DNA of 64,000 nt from a virus (Duplodnaviria; Heunggongvirae; Uroviricota; Caudoviricetes). The notes beneath the pieces are model-generated. The model made no database searches. It worked only from the letters and a program-made list of their open reading frames with translations, and was not told where the DNA came from. The stretch is taken from the IMG/VR virus record IMGVR_UViG_3300029747_000004. One strand, written 5' to 3'. Of this stretch, positions 1 through 9,265 are shown in pieces (positions within the stretch are counted from its first letter, which is position 1; each line of letters begins with the position of its first letter). Made by a program: the position numbers and the translations under genes.

Positions 1-385
1 ATTTAATGCTGGCGTTGTAAGTTCGCAAGCTCCCACATATGGTTTTATTCTGAAAGAATGTAGTCTGTTGGCACAATATGGTGTTTCATTAAATTGCACA
101 GCTATTAATGATTTTGACAACCGAAGCGGTTGGCGTATTACGCTAACAAACACATCAAAAAACAAGTTTGTTATTTCTAAACTCAGCGACGCAGAAACAT
201 ACGAGGCGCTATATCCAGGTCAGGTTACGGAGTGTGCTACAGGTGAAATTTGCGTTAATACAAGTGACATGACAATGATTTATCCATATTCAAACCCTGT
301 CGCACAAGCACTAGTAGTTCCAACTCAAAATGTAGAGGTTGAAGAATTATCTATTGAAGATATTTCCGCAACAAATAATATTTAA
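1..385 (+). CDS. dUTPase-fold protein, apparently catalytically degenerate (5' partial)
   Basis: Frame is open from base 2 ([27 protein letters not shown]...). Layout resembles phage trimeric dUTPases (ILKE-xS, W-x-I-x-L-x-[22 protein letters not shown]). Motifs II and III are degenerate and the C-terminal RGxGGFGSTG motif V is absent. Confidence 0.5.
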   Translation, partial: FNAGVVSSQAPTYGFILKECSLLAQYGVSLNCTAINDFDNRSGWRITLTNTSKNKFVISKLSDAETYEALYPGQVTECATGEICVNTSDMTMIYPYSNPVAQALVVPTQNVEVEELSIEDISATNNI

Positions 386-407
386 TGTAATTTTGGAGGT
401 AAGTACA

Positions 408-842
408 TTGGAACAGATCAAGATCATTTACCACAACCCCAACATTGATAAGATTGTGAATATTGAGGGCAAATCCGATTGGTATGACCTTCGCGCTGCA
501 GAAACTGTTGAGATGAAAATGGGAGATTATAGGTTAATCTCCCTTGGGGTATCAATGAAGCTGCCAGATGGATATGAGGCACATATTGTCCCTCGCAGTT
601 CTACCTTTAAGAACTTTGGAGTACTACAAACTAACTCCTATGGCGTCATCGATAATTCTTATTCAGGGACTAATGACATTTGGAGATTCCCTGCATTGGC
701 AATGCGAGATACCGTAATTCATGAAGGTGATAGAATTTGCCAGTTCAGGATTGAAAAGAAGCAGCCCGTCGTAGAATTTATTGAAGTCGATGAACTTGAT
801 GACACAGATCGCGGAGGATTTGGCAGCACAGGTAAAGCATAA
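408..842 (+). CDS. dut: trimeric dUTPase
   Basis: Motifs [24 protein letters not shown] and C-terminal [17 protein letters not shown] precedes TTG at 408. Confidence 0.95.
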   Translation: MEQIKIIYHNPNIDKIVNIEGKSDWYDLRAAETVEMKMGDYRLISLGVSMKLPDGYEAHIVPRSSTFKNFGVLQTNSYGVIDNSYSGTNDIWRFPALAMRDTVIHEGDRICQFRIEKKQPVVEFIEVDELDDTDRGGFGSTGKA

Positions 843-855
843 GGAGGACAAACAT

Positions 856-1101
856 ATGATTAAACGCGACATCGTTGAAACTGTATATGAATATGACAAG
901 GAAGGTAAGCTTGTCAGCAAGACTGTTACCGAGACGCACGAAGAGGATACAAATATTACTACTAATACTCCACCGTCATGGTGGACATATGATACTTCTC
1001 AAAATTGGCCACCATATATTACTTGTACAAATAGCAGCACAAACGACTATGTAACTAAAAATACAATTACAATGGCTGCAAATGACAGAACAACATTTTA
1101 A
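856..1101 (+). CDS. hypothetical phage protein
   Basis: AAGGAGG RBS before ATG 856 (MIKRDIVETVYEYDKEGK). Followed by a terminator hairpin. Confidence 0.75.
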   Translation: MIKRDIVETVYEYDKEGKLVSKTVTETHEEDTNITTNTPPSWWTYDTSQNWPPYITCTNSSTNDYVTKNTITMAANDRTTF

Positions 1102-1113
1102 CTAAAACAAATC

Positions 1114-1146
1114 AATAGCGACGATTTAGTGATCGCCGCTATTTTC
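1114..1146 (+). terminator. intrinsic terminator
   Basis: AATAGCGACGAT-TTAGTG-ATCGCCGCTATT stem-loop followed by Ts. Confidence 0.6.
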
Positions 1147-1160
1147 ATATAGGAGGACGC

Positions 1161-1331
1161 ATGGAGAAATCAGTAATTATAATATCCATGCCTAAAAACA
1201 GTACAAAACAGGACATTCTAGACATGCGAAACAAATATAAAGATAAATATAAAGTTCATATAATAATCTCAGGGCAAGAAAATCCGCAAAAGAACATTCA
1301 AAATTTTTTAATAAGCAGGCTTGCAAAATAG
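1161..1331 (+). CDS. 56-aa hypothetical protein upstream of the recombinase (not in ORF track)
   Basis: AGGAGG RBS, ATG 1161, MEKSVIIISMPKNSTKQDILDMRNKYKDKYKVHIIISGQENPQKNIQNFLISRLAK, TAG 1329-1331. Confidence 0.75.
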   Translation: MEKSVIIISMPKNSTKQDILDMRNKYKDKYKVHIIISGQENPQKNIQNFLISRLAK

Positions 1332-1391
1332 CCTGTTTTTGTATTACAATGATATTAATGAAATATAACAATGATAAAAGAGGTGATATAT

Positions 1392-3341
1392 TTGGGGATA
1401 AACGTGGGCTATGCCAGATTATCTAGAGACGATGGAGATGATGAAAGTTCATCAATATTTAATCAAAAAAGAATTATAATTGAATTCGCTAAACAACATG
1501 GAATACATATAGATAAATTTTATATTGACGATGGTGTTAGCGGATATACAATGGATAGACCAGATTTTGATAGACTTAAAATTGCTTTAAATAATGACGA
1601 GGTTGATATAATAATCGTAAAAAATCTTTCTCGTCTTGGCAGACGTAATTCAATGGTCCAATTATTTTTAGAGAATATAGAAGAATCAGGGAAGCGTGTT
1701 ATAGCAATAGATGATAATTACGATACATGGAATGAATCTTCCCATGAAACAGTTGGGATTACAACATGGATTAATGAAAGATATGTTAAAGACACCAGCA
1801 AAAATGTAAGAAGAGCTATCGATATTATGCAAAAAGAAGGCAGGTATGTTAGTAATGTACCATATGGTTATGAACTAGATTTATTTAATAAAGGATCATA
1901 TCATATAGATGAAACATGTGCAATGTATGTCAAAGAAATATTTGATTTATATTTAAGTGGTTATGGAGTATTGTACATAGCGAGACTTTTTACAGAAAGA
2001 GGTGTCCCAAATAGTACAATGATAACCAAACAAAGAATGGAACGTAGAGGGCAAACATATAAAGGCAAGATAAGCTATAAATGGGCACCAAATGTTATTC
2101 TAAATATGTTGCGCAATGATTTTTATATTGGGACATTGACCCTTGGTAAAACAAAAAGGAGGACCATTAATGGAAAACGTATTTTTCAACCTGAAGAAAA
2201 TCTTATTAGATTTGAAAATGCGCACGAACCAATTATAGACAAGCAAACTTTTAAACTAGTACAAGAAATGATTATTGAACGCTCTAGAGATAATTACAGA
2301 GGACAAAAAGATAGAAAAAGGCCAAATATATTCGCTGGTAAATTGTACTGCTCTACATGCGGTGTAAAAATGACATCAGGCGGTGGTACGAGAAATAGCA
2401 GCAACACAAAATATATATGTAAGACCTATAATATATATGGGAAAACACATTGCACAAGCCATATTGTCAGCGAAAATGAATTAAAAGACACACTTGTATA
2501 TTTTTTAGAACATTGTAGAGAAAATTTGTCTGAAGCAATTATAGATTTAGACAAAATAATTAAACGTGACTGCTCTAAAAAAACAGGAGACGTAATAGAA
2601 GATTTAGAAAAAAATTTAGCAAAAGCAGAAAATGAAGTAAAGGCATTATTGGAACAAAAAATTAAAGATATGATAGCAAATCCATCTATGAGTGATATAA
2701 TAGATAAAACTTATTCAAATATGGTTAATGAGAAATACAATGAAATAAAAATACTTACAACACAAGTAGATGACAAAAGAAAAGAAATCTTAAGTGGCAA
2801 TGAGATCAGAAAAGATTTAAATAATGCGCTAGAAATTTTTGATAATATTATATCCACTAAAAATATAACTAAAAAACAAATAGCTACAATTGTAGACCAT
2901 ATAGTTGTCCATGAAGATGGAGGTGTTGATATATTTTTAAAAGGAGACTTACACGAGCTGTGCACAAACTATATTATGTGTAAAAAAACAAATAAAACAC
3001 TTGTGGTAGATGCAACTATTAAATATATAAAGAAAAATCCAGAACAAGTTATGATATCAAAAGCTGGAGACTATGTAAGACTCTGTGGTCATCATATTAG
3101 TCGAACAAACTATGAGAAAATATTTAAAAATTTTATAGAAAAGGGTTATTTAGTTGAGAATGAAGGGTATCACAATGGATATAGAGTTGTAGACTTAAAT
3201 AAATTAATTCATGATGCCGAAAATAACATTATTATAGATGACGCCCCAAGGGTGCATAATAACAATGTTAATATTGCTCTTATTATTAAAATACAAAAAT
3301 GGATATCTAGTATTTATTATAAAAAGAAAATATTATTTTAA
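1392..3341 (+). CDS. large serine recombinase (probable integrase)
   Basis: Catalytic YARLS motif, DDGVSG..DRPDF, NLSRLGR, recombinase domain (PYGY...HEPII), zinc ribbon (CSTC...YIC...HC) and coiled coil. Likely start is TTG 1392 after AGGTG (ORF track starts at 1371). Confidence 0.93.
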   Translation: MGINVGYARLSRDDGDDESSSIFNQKRIIIEFAKQHGIHIDKFYIDDGVSGYTMDRPDFDRLKIALNNDEVDIIIVKNLSRLGRRNSMVQLFLENIEESGKRVIAIDDNYDTWNESSHETVGITTWINERYVKDTSKNVRRAIDIMQKEGRYVSNVPYGYELDLFNKGSYHIDETCAMYVKEIFDLYLSGYGVLYIARLFTERGVPNSTMITKQRMERRGQTYKGKISYKWAPNVILNMLRNDFYIGTLTLGKTKRRTINGKRIFQPEENLIRFENAHEPIIDKQTFKLVQEMIIERSRDNYRGQKDRKRPNIFAGKLYCSTCGVKMTSGGGTRNSSNTKYICKTYNIYGKTHCTSHIVSENELKDTLVYFLEHCRENLSEAIIDLDKIIKRDCSKKTGDVIEDLEKNLAKAENEVKALLEQKIKDMIANPSMSDIIDKTYSNMVNEKYNEIKILTTQVDDKRKEILSGNEIRKDLNNALEIFDNIISTKNITKKQIATIVDHIVVHEDGGVDIFLKGDLHELCTNYIMCKKTNKTLVVDATIKYIKKNPEQVMISKAGDYVRLCGHHISRTNYEKIFKNFIEKGYLVENEGYHNGYRVVDLNKLIHDAENNIIIDDAPRVHNNNVNIALIIKIQKWISSIYYKKKILF

Positions 3342-3355
3342 GGAGGAGTACACAT

Positions 3356-3592
3356 ATGGCAGAAAGATCAAGAAGGAGCAAAACTACTTACGAAAGGATA
3401 AAAGACACACAAAAGAAAATTATTAGTACAGAAGAAAGGCTTACTCAATTAAAACAAGAATTGGACAATTTATACACAATATTATTTGAAGAAACTGCCA
3501 GACAACAAAATACAGAGATGAAAAAACTATTTGACATTATAGGTGAGAAGCACATATCTATTAAGGATGTTATCAATTTGCTAGAAAAATAA
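3356..3592 (+). CDS. small coiled-coil hypothetical protein
   Basis: AAGGAGGAG RBS. 78-aa ORF directly after the recombinase. Confidence 0.75.
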   Translation: MAERSRRSKTTYERIKDTQKKIISTEERLTQLKQELDNLYTILFEETARQQNTEMKKLFDIIGEKHISIKDVINLLEK

Positions 3593-3759
3593 TAATAAAA
3601 GTAGAAATGTCATTTTGCAATTTTTGAACATGAAACATGATGATAAAATAGTTATACCGCATATTTAAAAATACTACTCCCCTATCAAAGTCTAAGAAGG
3701 GGAGTGCTTCATTTGCACTCAAAAATTATTTATATATAATAGAAAATGGAGGTGATTTC

Positions 3760-3912
3760 GTGAAGAAAGAAACAATAGGACTTACACTACGTGTTCCAAT
3801 AGAAACAAAAATACAGCTAGAAATGATTGCGAATAAAGAGCAAAGAACAGTAAATTCATTGGTAAATAAGATATTACAAGACTATATAGAGGAACGAAAA
3901 CAAAAAAAATAG
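3760..3912 (+). CDS. Arc-like ribbon-helix-helix DNA-binding protein (not in ORF track)
   Basis: GGAGGTG RBS, GTG start, MKKETIGLTLRVPIETKIQLEMIANKEQRTVNSLVNKILQDYIEERKQKK fits the RHH pattern (LTLRVP...L..IA..E.R.VN..V..IL..YI). TTGCAC-N16-TATAAT lies upstream at 3713-3740. Confidence 0.8.
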   Translation: MKKETIGLTLRVPIETKIQLEMIANKEQRTVNSLVNKILQDYIEERKQKK

Positions 3913-3940
3913 GGACTGCACATTTACGTGCAATCCCTAA
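3902..3940 (-). terminator. terminator between convergent operons
   Basis: Minus strand reads TAGGGATTGCAC-GTAAAT-GTGCAGTCCCTA-TTTTTTTT. It sits between the convergent + regulator and the - tail fibre. Confidence 0.8.
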
Positions 3941-3948
3941 AATTAATT

Positions 3949-6129
3949 TTATGTTGTTGATTTTAATTCTGCAATTTCTGCCTTTAATTCGGTAATTTCA
4001 TTTTGTAATTTTTGAATCATATGCGTATTAAGTGCAACGAACTCAGAATATCTTAACGAGTAATCATATATCTTATTGCCCTCCTCGTCAAGCATAGCCT
4101 CTCCATTTTCATCTACACACAAGTCCTTGCAGAAGCCTGCAAAATCTTTTCCTGTAAGTTTAAGCTCGCCCAATGAGTCTTCTACATCCTGAGAAATAAA
4201 TCCATAGTGTGTACGTCCGCTTGAACCATCTTTAAGCTTAAATGTAACTGGACGCAATTTATTAAATAACTGTTCTTGTGTATCCGACATGTAAGTAATG
4301 CTCGTTTTTGCATTTCTGTCAGAAGTTGATATTGTACCATTTGTTGCGAAAAGCTGATTCCATCTGCGGCCACTTGACCCTAAATTAACTTTACCATTGT
4401 TTGAAGGATTTTCTATATATACTGATGGTGAATCTGTGCCAGTTGCTTGGGCTCCTGCGTGCATCGCAAGTACCATTGTAGTTCCCCCACTAATATTTTG
4501 CCCCGTTTGAATGTATACAACATTCGTACCCTGGTTATCAACGCAAGACATCCTTCCTTGTGTTCCCGATCCAAAAGTTATTTGATTATCGACTTGCAGT
4601 GGCCATTTAATTTCAAAAAGATTATCGCTTTCTGCCATTTTCCCAAATGCAACCCCCGAGCCATCTTTTCTAATATTAAATATTCGGGATGCGCCAAATA
4701 TAGTAATAGTAGTTGACTTTACACTTTGATTGAAATTGTCTGCAAGAACCGCATAAACTAGGTACGTTGAATTCGCCTTAAAGTTGCTAATCTTATTTCC
4801 GCTGCTATTGCTAATAAATCCATCGATAGATTTATTAGTGCTATTTGTAAGTGCATTTGCAGCAGCAATCCAACTAGTGTTTGTGTTTTCCCTGTAATAT
4901 ATTTTTACAGTACCCGTATTCGTGCTATTTACAGACGGGTAATTAATTTTAACATTATATTTTATATATGTTCCATTATTGTCTGCTGTACCATCTGACT
5001 TACATCTATACGCAGTAAATGAAGAAAATTTAAGTTCATCAAAATTGTAATCATAACATGTAATAGAAGCTGTTTTTGATGCAGTCCTATTTCTTTTATC
5101 TTTAACCGTTACCGTATAAGCAAACGTACCAGATGCAGACATTGTGTTGCTAGTTGCGGAAGCGCTTGCTGAAGTACTCGACACGGTTGAAGATATATTT
5201 TGCCCAGAGAATGTATAGGACACAATAGAACTTCCAGTCCCTGCAGCACACCCGGAGACTGATATGTTAAGTTTGTTTTTCCCTTTTACTAAAATATTTC
5301 TTGGAGTCCCATCTGCGGTAGTAATTTTGACTGGGCTTAGAGTTATTGTGCCAATTGACGGTTTTATTGAGGTTGGGATAGTAAGTTTAACCTCTTTATA
5401 TGACGCATCTCCAACTTGCGTACTATAACTAGAATCAAAATACGTTCTGAAAGTAAATCGTAATGTTCCGCTTGTGTCACTCGGCAAATTTTTATATATC
5501 GTAGAAAGTTCGCTGCTTGATAGGATTACGGTCGCTGTCTGCTGTGATGCAGATTTTGCACCAAGGTTAATAGATTTAACTGCTATAAAATCGTTATTAA
5601 TATTTAATGATATATTACATCTATTATAATAACTTGAACTTTGTGGTGTATATTTATATGTCAAAGTCCCATCAAAATATGATGTGCTACATGATAATGA
5701 ATTTATTATAGACGCTCTAGGAATAGTTGTAAGCTCTATATTTGTATCTATATAAGACTTTTTCCCATAAAACTTACTAGAGCTATTGCTAGTCATTGTT
5801 ACATTTCCATTAATATTAAATATTTTTGTACCATCATTGTTATGTGGTATAGTCATTGTAAACGACCCAATTGCCAAAAATGAAGTTAAAATTTCAAGTT
5901 TCTTACTACCTGTTACGCTAGTTCCATTTACACTCAATGTATATTTGAAAGTACCATTTGTTGTTTGAGTTAATTTATAATTATCTGCATCTTTCTTTAC
6001 ATAAACAGTGCATGTTATAGACGAGGTGTTATCAGATATTGACTGATTAAATGAATAAACAATCTTACCTTGCAAATAGCCCCCATTATCAGTGCGAGGA
6101 CTAGATTTACTAAAATAAATCTCTGCCAT
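3949..6129 (-). CDS. tail fibre/tip protein with C-terminal intramolecular chaperone (peptidase S74-like)
   Basis: Siphovirus DUF859-like N-terminal part (TIPRAS, AYRC..DG..D.NGTY, GVAFGK). C-terminal TSDRNAK...LRPVTF...HYGFISQDV...LRYSEF plus coiled coil. Confidence 0.85.
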   Translation of the reverse strand: MAEIYFSKSSPRTDNGGYLQGKIVYSFNQSISDNTSSITCTVYVKKDADNYKLTQTTNGTFKYTLSVNGTSVTGSKKLEILTSFLAIGSFTMTIPHNNDGTKIFNINGNVTMTSNSSSKFYGKKSYIDTNIELTTIPRASIINSLSCSTSYFDGTLTYKYTPQSSSYYNRCNISLNINNDFIAVKSINLGAKSASQQTATVILSSSELSTIYKNLPSDTSGTLRFTFRTYFDSSYSTQVGDASYKEVKLTIPTSIKPSIGTITLSPVKITTADGTPRNILVKGKNKLNISVSGCAAGTGSSIVSYTFSGQNISSTVSSTSASASATSNTMSASGTFAYTVTVKDKRNRTASKTASITCYDYNFDELKFSSFTAYRCKSDGTADNNGTYIKYNVKINYPSVNSTNTGTVKIYYRENTNTSWIAAANALTNSTNKSIDGFISNSSGNKISNFKANSTYLVYAVLADNFNQSVKSTTITIFGASRIFNIRKDGSGVAFGKMAESDNLFEIKWPLQVDNQITFGSGTQGRMSCVDNQGTNVVYIQTGQNISGGTTMVLAMHAGAQATGTDSPSVYIENPSNNGKVNLGSSGRRWNQLFATNGTISTSDRNAKTSITYMSDTQEQLFNKLRPVTFKLKDGSSGRTHYGFISQDVEDSLGELKLTGKDFAGFCKDLCVDENGEAMLDEEGNKIYDYSLRYSEFVALNTHMIQKLQNEITELKAEIAELKSTT

Positions 6130-6150
6130 ATATTTATCACTCCTTTCTGT

Positions 6151-7977
6151 TTACCAAGTTGCAAGAGCTAATGACAAACTTCCATTGTTCTCTATCTTCC
6201 ACACAAAGTCGCCAAATTTTACTTCACAATTAAATGTTGCACCATCTTCTGCCGTAAGATTTTTAATTGTTGCAGATTGGTTACTAATGCTAACAACCTT
6301 TTGTGCCGTACCACTAGATGCATCATAAAATCCCATTTCTGTAGAGCTAATATTTACATAAAATTTTTCGTCCGCCTGTCCAATCCTTAATCCCGTATCA
6401 GCATTAAATAAAAAATATTGCTTAACATTATTCAGTATTTCGGTACGCTCCTCCATTGCGTCTTCCCAATGTGATGCATTAAAGGTACTTGAAGTTGTAT
6501 TAGCTTTTAGCATATTTCCTGGTCCATAATTGCCACATTTTTCTCCATCTGCAAGTATCCATAGATCTCCCTTTGAATATCCATTGTTTGGTTGAGATGT
6601 GTACACGACGTTTCCGTTTTGATATCCAGAATTAGCCCAACCATTTCCGTCCCACATTTTTAATATACTTGGTGACACAGATGTATCTAACCACAATTGT
6701 CCCTTTTGTGGACTAGAAGGTTCTGAATTGCTAACAATCGGATCATTTAAGTCCATTACAACTGCGCTTGTTTTTGCCACAACTGTTTTTTTGTCATCCT
6801 TTTTAGACACACTACAATTTATATTTAATGCTCTAGATATTTTCTCCTTTGGAACAAAGATAACCGGGGATTCCGGATGCGTGAATAAATCATTTTTATA
6901 AATATAATTATTTTTTTTGGCAACTTCCCAATGATTAGAAGTATATTCTCCAAGAATAATATTATACTCAATTATACCGTCATATATTTCTTTACAAACA
7001 AAGTACACCATATCTCCTTCAAAATATTTATCACTAATGTCTGTAGTAATCGTATTGCCATTTACTTTATTATTATCTGACTTATATACATTTTTACTAT
7101 ATAATACTTCCTCTGGCGCATTGTTTTTATATAATTCAATATACATAATTAAATAATCTTTTTCCACCGCAATAATATTACTACCATTGAAGAAATTTAC
7201 AACAGCTGCATAAGAAATTGTTTTATCTGTTAGTGAAACATAATCTTCATACGTTAGTCCATCATATCTCATTTCACATTTAATACTTGAAAAGGCATAT
7301 TCATCATTTTTGTCAACTTTTAACGTAGAAGACGTTGCCCCTATTATTTCTTCATATTTACCGTTTTTTCCAGTTTCATCATTCCACCACTTCCACTGAT
7401 ATTTCATTTTACTTTCATCTATCTTTTCTCCTGCCTGAAATGCAATTGTTTTTAATTCAATTGATGTTAATTCATCAGAGAATTCAAACCCGTCAACAGA
7501 GTAAATTTGAAAATCAACCGCATCTGTGCCGCTGTCTCCGTATGCTCCTATGATTGCAGCATCCGTTTTAGTAGTAGTGTCATCAGTATATGTAATAACT
7601 TCATAATTCCATAAATATTTATCAGTAGGAGACAATAGAGGTACTTTTTCTAACCATTTTGGATTTTGTGGAAGTTCAGGTGTTTGAGTAACTAAATAAT
7701 AATTTTTAATATTTGAAATGCTCCTACCGTCATCTCCCTTCCCGTAAAACCCTATAATAATTGGATCGGAAAGATCAGAGGAGCCAATGCTATAAATGAC
7801 CTCTTCATAATTCCAAAGATATTTTTTATCTATATTTATAGTTTGTATTTCTGTAGTCCAGCCTTGTGTATCTCTAGTTACATTTTCACTTTTACTTGTT
7901 GCCAAATACCACTCTTTAATTTCTATAATCTTTTTTTGTTCTGTAAATGTAATTTGATTCGATGTTTTAATAGCCAT
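6151..7977 (-). CDS. minor tail / tail-tip protein
   Basis: Two KYLWNYE repeats and P..GQLWLDTS / KGDLW motifs typical of siphovirus tail proteins. Position in tail-tip cluster. Confidence 0.7.
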   Translation of the reverse strand: MAIKTSNQITFTEQKKIIEIKEWYLATSKSENVTRDTQGWTTEIQTINIDKKYLWNYEEVIYSIGSSDLSDPIIIGFYGKGDDGRSISNIKNYYLVTQTPELPQNPKWLEKVPLLSPTDKYLWNYEVITYTDDTTTKTDAAIIGAYGDSGTDAVDFQIYSVDGFEFSDELTSIELKTIAFQAGEKIDESKMKYQWKWWNDETGKNGKYEEIIGATSSTLKVDKNDEYAFSSIKCEMRYDGLTYEDYVSLTDKTISYAAVVNFFNGSNIIAVEKDYLIMYIELYKNNAPEEVLYSKNVYKSDNNKVNGNTITTDISDKYFEGDMVYFVCKEIYDGIIEYNIILGEYTSNHWEVAKKNNYIYKNDLFTHPESPVIFVPKEKISRALNINCSVSKKDDKKTVVAKTSAVVMDLNDPIVSNSEPSSPQKGQLWLDTSVSPSILKMWDGNGWANSGYQNGNVVYTSQPNNGYSKGDLWILADGEKCGNYGPGNMLKANTTSSTFNASHWEDAMEERTEILNNVKQYFLFNADTGLRIGQADEKFYVNISSTEMGFYDASSGTAQKVVSISNQSATIKNLTAEDGATFNCEVKFGDFVWKIENNGSLSLALATW

Positions 7978-7990
7978 ATAACTCCTCCTT

Positions 7991-8645
7991 TCATTCTGGC
8001 AAATCTACTTCACAAGTAAAACTTGAATTATAATATACATCATCTGCATCAATAATTATTGATTTTGTACCTTTATGCTCTGGCATAGCATTCCATATAT
8101 CATCCAATTCTGTACTGGTAGAAACTCGTTTCCAATTAAAAAGACTTGTATCAAGTGTGTCTGTAATATCAGAATCCCAAGAATACACTTTACAAGTCAA
8201 TGTTGCTTTGTCTTCTGAAGTTGAAATAATTGTTGAATTATTTGAAACAATTTCTACTTTGTACATCTTTGATGTATTAATGTTGTCAACTTGGTTTTGA
8301 ATTTTTTCAACTTCATTTTTTACATAATCTTCTTTAGCGTAGCCTTCAATTGAGCTGCCGCCACTCATCGTGACAGATCCATCTTCATGTACCTCAAATG
8401 CATATCTGCCATCATCTTGTAAGCCAATTTTTATTGTTCCACCTATAATAGAACTACCTTCCACTAGTCCCGCGATTACGGCTTGTGCCAACAAACCATA
8501 ATATGTAATTCCATCAACAGTAAATTCACCAAGTACAGATTTACTTGTCTTAAACCCATCATCTGTGAAAACTATTTGATTGTTGACTAGCCAAACACGT
8601 TTGTCACCAACTTCGCCAGTATCTGGGTTTACTGCCTCTAAGTGT
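7991..8645 (-). CDS. baseplate/tail-spike protein, exon 2
   Basis: Joins exon 1 in frame after intron removal: ...YIDKYG-AT|A-CAC-TTA gives YIDKYGIHLEAVNPDTG. No convincing RBS for the intron-internal ATG at 8659. Confidence 0.85.
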
Positions 8646-9265
8646 CCTTTATGTTTCATAAGGTTCGCTAATCCTTATGTGCTGTTCTACAACACTCATA
8701 CTTTCATATGAGAGCAGACCATATCTTCACCCTGCAAACAGGGGCGTACCATTTCGGAACGCTTGTTCCTAATACCGTTATATGTAATGGCCGTTGAACC
8801 TTACTCATAATTTTCATCTAATATTTTCCATCTATATCCACCCGCGTGTTGCCTGTTGCCACTACAACAAGAACTTATATGCGATCTATTTATACCTGTC
8901 CCATTTTGAGCCGCCACAAATCCTTCCCAATCATCTGTACCACCCATACACCGTGGAACTATATGGTGGCACTCATGATACTCATCTCCACAATTAAATC
9001 TACCGCGAGTATTTAAGATGTTTTGTATAAACGCTTGATATGTATTTTTCATGGTATCACCTCCTACCATTAATTTTGTATTGTTAAAAATTTGGAAAAT
9101 AATTAGAAAATTTTAGAGTCTTGGCTGCTGATTGTCCAATGTGTATTTTTTTGAACCATCACGCTTGTCGTTTTCAACTACGTTGTGGTAATACACCTCT
9201 AAGGAGTTTCCAGCAGTTAAGTACGTTTTTTCATTATGTATTACTACATAAGGGGACGGTTGTTC
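8646..9265 (-). ncRNA. group I self-splicing intron (620 nt)
   Basis: P1 GGGAU|...GUCCC with U.G at the splice site. P AACTGCTGGAAAC, Q AATCAGCAGCC, R GTTCAACGGCCA, S GAAGATATGGTC, P3 CGTAC/GTACG. Terminal G at 8646 restores the frame. Confidence 0.92.
8801..9052 (-). pseudogene. internally deleted intron-encoded HNH/NUMOD1 homing endonuclease
   Basis: GGAGGTG RBS. The HNH first half (YHECHHIVPRCMGGTDD) is fused directly to a NUMOD1-like tail (AAQNGTGINRSHISSCCSGNRQHAGGYRWK). The second half of the HNH motif is missing. It lies between the Q and R elements (P6 region). Confidence 0.8.

Noticed and set aside
9244..9265. Stop-codon reassignment or readthrough to explain the split tail genes
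   Set aside because: Both splits are fully explained by group I introns. Other genes are intact in code 11, and TAG, TGA and TAA all serve as stops.
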